Shown here piece after piece: positions 18,664 through 30,600 of a stretch of 64,000 nt of DNA (its first letter is position 1; the number at the start of each line of letters is the position of its first letter). This DNA comes from a virus (taxonomy: Duplodnaviria > Heunggongvirae > Uroviricota > Caudoviricetes), in the IMG/VR virus record IMGVR_UViG_3300010213_000001, positions 52,701-116,700 of that record, one strand, 5' to 3'. The translations under genes and the position numbers were made by a program. A model generated the notes under the pieces. That model was not told where the DNA came from and did no database searches. It was given only the letters and a program-made list of their open reading frames with translations.

Positions 18664-21600
18664 ATGTTAAAAATTACTTCAATAATATGCTCGTTCATAA
18701 ATAGAGCAGCTGTTAAGTTAAATGCTGAATCATTAATAAAGTCCCTAATGATGTCGTATAGAGAAGATGTTAAATCTCTAATGGATATAGTATCTCTCAA
18801 TATAAAGATGGGCAGTATAATGCAAGAAGCTTTAGAGCAGAAAGATGAAAATGGTAATAAACCTAATCCAGATGCTATGTATTTGGGGGCGTTCATGGCT
18901 ATGAACAGTATTTACCCTCTTGTTCTTGCTGCTGAGACAAATCCAGCAGCATATGACGCATTAAATAAATTAATGGGCGGAGCTTTAGATTATTATCCAG
19001 AAGCTTTAAGTACGGAACTAAACTTTGCTAAGCAATATCTACAAGGGGATGAAAATGGTAGCGTAAAAGATAATATTTTATCCCAACGTAAGTCTTCTTT
19101 AGATATGTATGATTTTGTTCAGTTTATTACACCAGAATTACCTATTGAGTTAGCTACTGATACAGATGCAAATGATATTGATAATCCTATACTAGATAAT
19201 GACACAACAATAGATGATTACAATGAGACGGAGTTAAATAAGGCTAAAACTACTATAGAGCAATTTGCGGATCAGGTTAGTGATGCTAAAACTAATACAA
19301 CTATAGAAGAATTGCCCGAACTCCAAGCTGATGGAGACCCAGATATAGATGAAGATGATTTATCTCAAGATCAAGACAATGAAGATATATTTGATGATTT
19401 TGATATAGATGATGATGATAATGACACTAAGCCATTTACAAATGAAGAAGTTGAAGAGTTGGAATTAATAAGTAGATTAAAAGAAGTATTTGACAATGAA
19501 GAATTTCCAAGATTAAATAACTCTAATATATCTGACTTTTTTGAGTTTATAAAATTAAGTGATATTGCAGACAGAGAGGTGCTTAGTACAGACGTTAACT
19601 CATCTGAAGTATTATTGTTTGTAAATAATGGATTAAATAGAGAATACTCAATTATTATAAATAAAGACCTAAAGGGGAGTAAGTATATATATACTTATAC
19701 TCTGAATTCTGGACCTGATAATTATATTCCTATGTCAGGCAATTTAAGAGAGTTAAGTAATTTAATTGCTAAAAAGTACAAGTTTGGAAGATTAGGTAAG
19801 ATTAATCCTTCAGATATATATGATCTTGATAAAGACATTCCAGCTCGTAATGTTGTTAGAGACAATAATAATCAAGCTATAACTTATGCTAATACATTAC
19901 CTGTAGAATTACATAGTATAAGTCTCTTTTCACAAAATGCTCAAGTTACTAGGGATTATCTAAGATTAAAGAATTTAATATTTGGAGAGTTAATGTCCAA
20001 GTCATCTACAGATATAGTTCTAGATGAAGATACTTTAAGAAAGGTAGTAATGAAAGCATTCACAGGTATGGTAGGGTTGAATAATGCCAATAAATTAGCA
20101 GTATTAAATAACTATAGATTTAACCTGGTAATTGAAAAGGATACAGTATCTTATCCACAAGATAGAGTAGTAGCATCAACTATAAGATTTAAGGATAAAT
20201 CTGGAAGTACTACATACTATACACCAGAAAGATTAACAACATCAATACATATACAAGACGCTTCTGGAAATTATGTAGATTTAAGTAATATAGGAGTCAA
20301 CTTACCAAACATAATAAAATTAAGTAACTTAAGATTACCTAACTCCACAAGTGATTTTAGTCCTTATGCTGAAGAGTATTATAAGCTACAATCTGCTCTA
20401 AATACTAGATTAATTCAAGGAGATGGTCCTATTGTAGCAACAGGTTTGGTTATAGAAGCTAATAATAAAGCTGAGCAAGACCTACTTAATATCTATCAAC
20501 CTCCGCAGTATTACAATGGAGTTGGTAGTGAAGTAAATCAATATAGACTTCATATTAATGAAAGCTATAGAATAGGTAATACTGATGTTGAATTATCAAC
20601 TCAAGAGTTATTAGAGATAGGAAATAATCTTGTTATAATGAAATCTCTAGGTTATGATGTACATCTAACAAGTAGAGAGTTGTATGATATGCTTATGGAA
20701 GTTGAAGATGATTTTATAGAATCTACTACTTCAATAAATTCTATGAATAATAGGATGCTAACCATATTAAATAATATCGCTCAAGATAATCCAGCATTAC
20801 TAGCGAGTAAAGATAAATCATCAGTATTTTATATACTGAAGTCCATTAGAGATAATGAGAATGGAATAGCTTCAAGTGAACAGTTAGAAGAACTTTCAAA
20901 ATTTAGAGAATTACTAAAACAGCCTTTAACTTTTCCTCAATACTATCATTCTTTATTATTAAAGGAGTTAGGATTTTCAACAACAGAAAGTATTATTGCA
21001 CAACCTGGAGATTTTTCTGGAAATAGTGCTGTAGTATATAAATCTGAGAATACTGCTATACTATCTAAATCAGATAGATATAACAGTACGCCATCTATTC
21101 AATCTAAGAACTCTAATGCTTCTGTGGCTTTAACTTCTAGAAGTAAGATAACTCCATTAGATTTGATGCAAGAATCTTTAGAATCTCCTGAATCTAAGAA
21201 GTCTTTACTAGGAGTGACTCAAGCACCTTATTTCTATGCTCAAACTTTACAATATATCAAAGGATTAGAAGATAGGTTGAATAGGTTAGATACTGAGCCT
21301 ATAACTATAGGAACATACGTTAGGCATGAGAATGAGACATACATTGTTATACAAGACAATATGTCTGGAAACAGAGTACAGTTGTATAATCCAAAGATTG
21401 GAGTTAATTCTAAAATAGTTGTAGATAGATCATCTATATCATCTCTAAATAAGAAAGGTACTTTTGTACAATACAAAGGTAAAAACTATTTGGTAACTGA
21501 TAGTGATGTCATAATATCAACACTAACATATTCTCAAATATTTGAAAAGCCAAACGCTACAAGTAAGGCAATTATTGATGAGAAGTATAAGATAGTTGAG

Positions 21601-24600
21601 AATGAGAAAAAGCAACAAGCAAGTAAGTCACAAGAAACACTAGATTTAAGAGCTGCTATAAGCAAAGCTAAAGCCAGCTTGTTTGATCCAAGTAATCCTT
21701 ATGGTTTAGGTTATAGTAATATTGCTAATATTGGTAATATGACTAAAGAAGAAGTCGAGACATTAATAAACGGTAATAAAGATGTAGGAATTCAAGGAAT
21801 TAGAGATAAGATACTTAATGAGTTTGCTTTTACTTTAAGACAGTTACAAGAAACTGCTAACCTAAAAGGAGTATCGTCTCTTCAAGACCGAGTATATAAA
21901 TATAACTTGAGAACTACTTTTAGATCTAGAGAAATTGTTGATATTAGTAATGAATATGCTAAACAAAGTAATTTACCAGATACTATTACTAGTGATATTA
22001 CTATAAATAATCAAGATGGTACTACAGACAATTATAATAATGTTAATATAGAATATATTACTTTAGATGTTGCAGGAGAGTATCCAAGCGAATATAATGA
22101 TATATACCCAGATAAAAACATAAAACTAATTGTTCTAAATAATCCAAGTCCAAATAGTAAGAAAGATTTGGGAGGATCATTTTTAATTCCATTATCTTCT
22201 TTTGATAATCAAGATAGATTAATTAAACATCCAAAGAACATAGTAACTGTAACTTATACAGTTAATGGGCAATCAATAACTGAAGATTTTGTTAAAATTA
22301 GAAAACATTGGAATGATTCTAAATTATTCTATTCGTGGTATTCCGTAGATGGAAAGTATAAATATATAGGAACTCTCTTACCTAGAGAAGATGGTGGATT
22401 TAGTGTAGCAACACTAAGCTCTATGAAAACTTTAGAGTTTATAAAGTATGGAGAAGCTAAATATGAAGAATTTAAACAACTAGAAACTTTACAAGAACAA
22501 TTAGATGTAATCAATGAAAATAGTACAAGACTATTTGGAAGTTATAGTGACCTAAAAACTAATATTAATGGGGAGATTATTGCTGAGAAAAACTTAGAAA
22601 AAGAAAGTAATAAGATTTCATCATCAATTATTGTTAATAGTCCAAATATGATTAACAGTCCATCTTTTGGTGATGTAGACACCTCTGAACCTACAACTGC
22701 TAATGTGGCTAAGAAACTTCAATCTGGAGGAATAAGAAACAAAGATATATTAGCTATATATGATTCAGACTTATATACTGGTGAGACTATGGAATATGCA
22801 ATAGAGGCTACAAAAGAATTAACAGTAAACATAGTCTATAACCCCATTGTTAATTATAAATCTAGTGAGAAGTCTGGAATAAGTGGTAAGGAAGTGCCTC
22901 CTCAGATACGTGATACAACTCAACAAGCTAATATATATGTGCAAAATGATATATTCCCTATGTTTCCACATATGGTAATAAATTTATCTTTAAATCAATC
23001 TAATTTATACAATAACAATAGTGTAGTAGCCAATAGAATAGATGCATCAGGAGTATTATCTGGAGAGTTAGCTCAAATAGCTGAGCCTATCAATATTGAT
23101 GATTTCCAGTTTCCAATAGAGGAACCAATATCTGTATCAACAGAAGATGTTAATGAACAAGTAACAGATGTAGTTGATACTGTAGAACAAGATGAGACTA
23201 GTGATGTAGAGTTTGAAGAGCAATTAGGTGATATTGATTTTCTACTTGATGAAGATGATGAGTTTCTAATTTCTGATAAAGACATAAGTAACGATAATAC
23301 TGGAGCTGACGACATAGAAGATTCTATGGATGACATATTTGGTAGGCTGGAGACTACATTGGCTGACTATACTATGAGTGAAGATGATATACTTACATTA
23401 TATAATCAGATTTTAGGTATAAATGCTATTGTTATAGATCAAGTAAGTTATAATAAATTACCAGATTCTAAAAAAAGAGATAATTTCTACATAATAAAGT
23501 CTAATAACAAATTCAGACTATCTGACGGCTTAACATACTTAGGATTTGCGTCTAAGGGATTAAATGCATTACATACATCTAATGATTTATATAGCTTTAC
23601 TCTAGCTAAACATGAGATATTGCATACTATTCTTAATGAGTATATGCCTGCAACTAGAAGACAAAAGATACTTCAAGAAGTAAGAATTTTGTTAAAAGCT
23701 GACAAAGATAGGTCACAAGAATATTTAGATGTAGATAATCTTACAAACAGACAGCTAGAAGAGTATCTGGTACTTTTAAAAGAAAGTACTGATCTAGGAA
23801 ATGACTGGAGAAAGATAAATGAAAACAGTATAGTAAGATTTATAGATAAGACTATTGTAGGTAAGTTTATAAATAGAATTTTAGGAAGCAACAATGCAAT
23901 TACTGATTTTCTATCTTGGATAGTTAGTACATATAAGAAAACTATAAACTTTAATCAATCCGAATTAGACAAATTTATAATAGATTTATCATATAATAGA
24001 TTTAGAAGAGCGGAAGGTTCTTACGATTCATATAACCAAGAAACAGGACAGAAAGAAGAACCTAATATTAGAGGTAGACTAGATTCAGAAGTAGAAGCTA
24101 AATCTAATCAAGCAAAAAGATTAAATAGTGCTTTTGGATACCCACATGAATTAAATGAGGAAACTAAAGTACTTAATGGTAGTAGAAGATTTAGTAGGTA
24201 TAAACAGCAAATCGCATCTTTGATTGTAGAATATCAATTTGTGACTGCAAGTATAGATTTGTATAAGCAAAGAAGATCTTTGGGAGAAATCATAGATAGA
24301 GTACAAAGTAAGTACATTAGTGATGTAATTAAACAAATAGATGAATCTCCTCTTTTGAGACAAGTGTTAGAAAAGAAAGATAATAAAAGTGATGTAGAAA
24401 ATATCTTTATACAAGATTATCTTACTCTTAAAAAGGTAGATAGAAATAAAACTGCTGTTTCTTACAAAGAGCTTCAAAATATATCAAATAGAATACAGAA
24501 GTTCCTATATAGCCAATTTGATAGTGATCAATTTACAGATAAGAATAATAAGATAAACAAAGCATATTATACATTAGCTGTATTAGCTAATAAGAATGAG

Positions 24601-27600
24601 ATATTATCATATATGTATGAAGATATTGAATTTGATGCTTGGAATGATACTGTTGAGGAAGATGATGGTTCTATAGAGATTGGAAGTAGTTGGCAAGCAA
24701 AGGAAGCTACTCACTTAACTACTCTAGACACACTATCTAAAAAGGTAAAGAATCATATATACAATACATCATATTTCTATGAAGATTCTTTTGGTAATAA
24801 AGTATACGAACTAGTTGATCCTAAAACAGTTCAGGATATATTAACAAGTGTATTCGAGAATGCACAGCAATTAAGTAGAAAGAATAACAATGATGCTATA
24901 AGTGCTCTAAATGAGGCTTGGAGGCTATATTTACAAGATTTAGGTACATCTTCTCCTGACAGTTACTCTTATTATGAAGCAAGAGCTCTATATGATAAAG
25001 TATTTAAAATTGATGATGATTTTATACCTATATCGCCTAATAGTACATATAAGAGTAGTTACAAGTATTCTTATGCTCAAGTAGCTTTTAATCACGAGAG
25101 TATTACAAGTGTAAATCCAAATATAGCTGAATCTACCTATAAGTATCTAACTAAGTGGACAACTAAGTTTAACAATGCTATTAATACTAAGAATATTAAT
25201 GATATAAAATCTTTAATGACAGAATTAACAGCTGTTAATGCTAAGAATAATCAATCTAGATTAGATGCTATAGCTAAGATATTCAAAGATTTAAACTTAG
25301 AAAAAGAGTATAATAAAGCTATGCTGGAGTATAATAACTTTAAGCAAGGTGATAATATTGAAAAATTAAAAGCACTTAATAAGTCTATTACTAAGCTTAC
25401 ATCTATTGTATCTAACTATACAACAGTTAATCAATCTATATTGCAGTTACATCAAGATGCTTATAATTCTGTTGTATCTATGTTTGCATCAAACTGGAAG
25501 GTATCATTCTCTAAAGTTGGGGTAACCAAGAATATAGTGAAGACTCACACTGATGTTGGTAGTAAGAAAGATAGTGGTTTTAATCTTTCTGTGAAAACTG
25601 GTATAATTAATACAGTCTATAACAGTAGACTTGAGATACATAAAGAAAATATAGTAAAGCAGATTATTTCACATACACCAGATAAATCTAAAGTTAATAC
25701 TGGTAACTATCTTAGTATTAATACTCTACAAGATCCAAGATCTAAGTATAAAATATCACATAATAAAAGCTCTATTACGTTTGAATTCCCTTACAATTTT
25801 AAAGGAGAGGATAATGTTATTAAAATTGTACTGAATGAATCTGATTTAATAACTAGAGGAGAGTTTAAAGATATTACAAAAGATAAACTAAAGAGAATAT
25901 ATGAACAGTTGACATCAGTTCCATATCAAGGTTATAAAGTAGACATTATACCTAACGTTGTTGCTAGCTTCTATCAAACAATAGGATTTCAATTAGATAG
26001 AAGAGCAGTCAGAACTCTACAGAGAGTGGAAGGAATAGAGAATACAAACCCTAAAGAAGGGGTATTAAGGTTGATACATCATATGTTACAATCATATGCT
26101 GTTATACAGGCTGCATATGAAGAAGAGAATGGAGTCTTCTATTCTAGAAAGCAACCTGACACTAATAGAGGAGAAGTAAGAGGTACTAGCTTATTAAGTA
26201 AGTTTGTAAGTCGCAAAGATGACGTGGATATTAATGCTACAACTGACTCTAGTGGAACTAGACAGAGTACTTTAACAGAGGAAGGTGAAGACGAGAATTC
26301 AAGTCAAATCAATGAAGATACTCCATATATGTTTACCCCAAGTAGGGACTATGATGATGTACTGACTAGATTAATAGAGTATAATAAGAGATTTAAGCAA
26401 GCTGTACAAAAAGATAGTGTGTATTTTGGTGAGAATCGTTATGGACTTAATGTTTATACTACTCCACTATATGAACATTTGCAGGAATTAACAACTATAG
26501 AAAAAGATAATATTTTTGATCAGTTAACTACACTTAAAGCTAGGATAGAAAACGAGAACAGGCAATTAATTAGTTCCGCAGAAGGATTAGCTGAAATAGA
26601 TAGATTATATAAAGAAGCTAGAGCTAATTTATTATCAGAGTATAAGTTTATGTCATCCCCAATCTATACAAATAGATTGATAGATATGTATACAGTAAAT
26701 GGTAAATTAGAAAAGAATTTAATAGCTAAGAATTGGTCTATATTTAACTATATAAATAATAGTTCTTCTGGTAAAGGGAAAAGCTTCCTTAATTTTACAA
26801 TTAAAGAGCTTCAGAGACAAGCTGTTAATGATTTCTTCCTGTATCCTGGACAAAGTGGAAACAAATATGGTGCTTATAATTCAGCTAGACACAATGAATA
26901 TAAGCAGACATTAGAAGCTCAGGCGAACAGGGGACAATTACCAATAGTTGAATTAGATAGTAAGGTATTTTATGATTATGAAAAGGGAGATGAGTCTATG
27001 TTTGCAGATGATAAAGGTAATATAAGTAATAACCTTGTTGTCTCCAAATACAAGCTAGGTGCAGATGCAGAGAGTAAATTATTCAATGTATACTCTTCTT
27101 CAAATTCCTATATGTATAATACATTAAAGGAAACTGAAACTGTTCTTGGCTATGAATCAAATAGTGATTTAGGTATAGGTATTGACACTACATATCTTAA
27201 TAAGTTAATGGATATATCTATTGATGTTAATGCTAAGTTGGCTGAAGTAGGAAATAATCCATTAAAGGTATTCTTAGAGTTTAAAAGATTAGTCAATTTA
27301 TATAAAGCTAATTCTGAGAATGTAGAGTATTATGATGAAGTTAGACAGATAACTACTAATATTACTGGGTTTGAAGTTATGGCTATTAATAATATTGATA
27401 GTGTTATTGAGCAGATTAAAAACAAGTTAAGTAAAGCATCAAATCCTACTTTAATAGATTTCTTGAATAAAACTTTGCAAGAATACACATCTGTAAGAAA
27501 TAATCCAGAGCAATTAAGTTTAATAGCTGGAGAATATAGTAAGATATATAAAGAAGCTTATCTAAATAGACTTAAGGAATCATATTTGATGGCTAATCAA

Positions 27601-30600
27601 TATATGATAAATGATGGCTTTGGGGATCCAGCTAAAAAGGAGCAGAATGCTAAAATATTAAATGGTTTAAGACAAACTTATATAAGACTAGATAAATTTC
27701 TAGAAAAACCTGCTAATACTTTAGATGGTTTTGATAATAGATATTTGGATGCTATATATAAAAGACTTGGAGATATAGGTAATAATATGGATTCTGCAGC
27801 TGGAACTTCAAGTGAGGTAAAGGATTTCATACGTTATGAGCCATTACCTAGTGAGACTTTAAGTAGTGCTATATCTAGAAATTTATCTAGAACAGCTCAA
27901 TTATTGAATGATCAATTAGCTGTTATGTCTAAAGCTAATAAGAACAAGTTAATGGGGCAATTGACTTTACATAGACACTATGATAAGACAAGCTCTATAT
28001 TTTCTATAAATGGACTTACAGGATTTACTTTATCAGAGGCTATCCAGAGATTACCTAAAGACCAAAGAGAAAAGTCTGCAGAAACTATAAAAAGTTTTGT
28101 AGCTATAGAGAGAGCTATATCAAAGAAGAATTTAACTATAGATGATATAATAAAAGTAGCTAATAATAATGATACTATTCATGATGAAGTATTGAGCGCA
28201 ATAGCAAATGATATTAAGGCCGGTAATCCTAATATACAAGGTCCTGATATTAATAATACCAAAGAATTTATACAGTTATATAACAATATAAAAGCTAATC
28301 TTGAAGCTAACGGAATAACCTCCGTAAAGAGTACTAAGGCTATGACTATAGGTCAACTTTTGTATGAAGACGTCACCAAATCCTTTTCAGAATATATCAA
28401 AGAGATAAAAGAAGAGATGGTTAGATTTGGATTACAAGCAGTTCAAGAAGAAGTAGAAATTACAGGTATTATATCTTCAAAGTACGATAGTGGAGTAATG
28501 AGTTATGGTCCTAAAAGGAACATTGACTCTAACAATAGATATGATAAAGCCTTTATAGATAACTTCCCAACTTACTTTGAATTAGATCCTAATACAGGAA
28601 GTTATACTCTAGTAGAACATAGAATTAAACCTATTGAGTATACAATCAATGGTAAGAAGTTGTATAATTCTGCAGGAAAGAAGTTTATTTATGACGATAA
28701 GAATTCTAACTCTGGTAGAAAATATAATGATCAAGTTCCTACAGTAAATCCAGGAAGTTTCTTATTCTTCTCCAATACTTATCAAGGAAGCGAGTCTAGA
28801 GAAGAAAGATTATCTTTATTTAAGCAATTACCTATCGATGATCAATTAGATAACATAAATCCAATATTCCTAGATTATTTCTTAACTAATAAGGTTAATG
28901 GCTTCTATTTGGGACAGTATATAGATGGGGATATCTATAGATATAAAGGTAAGACTACAACTGCTAAGTTGATTGATATGGTTAAGCGTATTGGTACTAA
29001 TACTACACCTGGTACTAAGCCTACTTTTAGAGAGGTTATATCTTTAAACAATAAACAGAAAACTATAAACAATAATGGATTATCTACTCATCACAATGTA
29101 GCTAATATACCTGATGAGGTTTACGATATAATGAATCAAGAGTATAAATACTTTAGAGATGTATCAGCTTTAACTTATGATGATGATAACCAAGCTCTTA
29201 AAAGTATTGTGGAAAATATGATATATCATGGAGAAATAAGTGCAACTCAAGCTGCTACACTAACAGTTGGTAGTTTAGATGTACTTAAGATAGAAGATTC
29301 ATCCAGTAAATATAATAGAGGTATCTATGTTAGAGAAGGAGCAAGATATGGTATTGATACCTCAATAGAAGGAAATCCAACTATTATACTTTTAGAAGAA
29401 GGTTCAATAAGAGGAAGATCTGGAGAGTTATTAGATAGTTTTGAAGCTTGGGACGGTGTAACATTTATGAGTAATTTAGCTGGACTATTAATTATAAATT
29501 CTTATGGAAATAAGGAAGGTATTGATATGACTCAACAAGGTCTAAAGATGATAAATAACAATCTAGATGCTAAGACCCAGAATGGTGTATCAATGAAATC
29601 TTTGCAAGTTAAGTTTACCTCTAAATTTATATTTAATTCTTCTGAATCAGTAAAAACATTAGTTAAAGAAGGATATAGATCTGGTATATTAAATGAAGAC
29701 TTTATAAAAGATCACACTTATAAGAAAGGTACAAATGCTATAATAAATGGAGAAGAGGTCGTACTTAATGAAGATTTATCTATACAGGTTCCTGACGGAG
29801 AATGGAATTTATACGGTGAATTTGTTCCTCCTCAACTAAATCTTATAACAGATAAAGATGGAAAGTTTAGTTGGAATATTCCTTCTAGAAAGAAGACTTT
29901 ATATGATGTATATTGGGAAAACGGAGGGTGGAATCCTAACCAATCAGGAGTATTTGAAACAGTATACTTTGATGGTTCTACTACTGCTGTAGATTCAGAG
30001 CAACACTCAACATTAAAAATAAGCAAGTCAGACTTTGAAGTATATAAAGCATATATAAAGAATAGAGAGGATAATGCTTTTATGGTTAAAGATAAGTCAA
30101 ATAATACATTATTGACTTTAGATGAATTGCTAGGTAAAATAAAGAATAATGATAGTAATTATTCTGATTTATTAAATAGAAATATAAATACTATTCAAGA
30201 TTTAATAAAAGCTATTAATGTTGCAGATAGATTTGTTTATATGGATTCTGTAATGTTATTTAATCCTGCTTCTGGTACTAAGAAGGGGACTAGAGATACT
30301 AACCCTAACTTCAAAGGTAATTATTCTGATGAATTTACTAATATACATACTCAATCTTTAGAGAATTTTAGTTACATTATAACTATTAATAAGAAAGACA
30401 AAGATGGTCAGGATGTGGCACTTTCTACACAATTTACTTACCTGTTAGGTATGGAGAACAATGTGTTTGAAGCCCAGGATGTTTATAATGTTATTGCTAG
30501 CTTATCTAAAGAGCAGAGAAAAGATTTTGAAGGTAAAATAAAGAAGATAAGAAATGAGCTTTTAAAGTCTAATTCTTTAGAAAAGATTAAAGAAACTTTA

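Noticed and set aside
19396-19410. DFDID near the N-terminus of the 4649-aa protein, identical to the phi14:2 RNAP catalytic motif
   Set aside because: It lies in a low-complexity acidic linker (EDIFDDFDIDDDDND) with no RxP or GS context. The credible catalytic motif is GSDHDGD at 32029.
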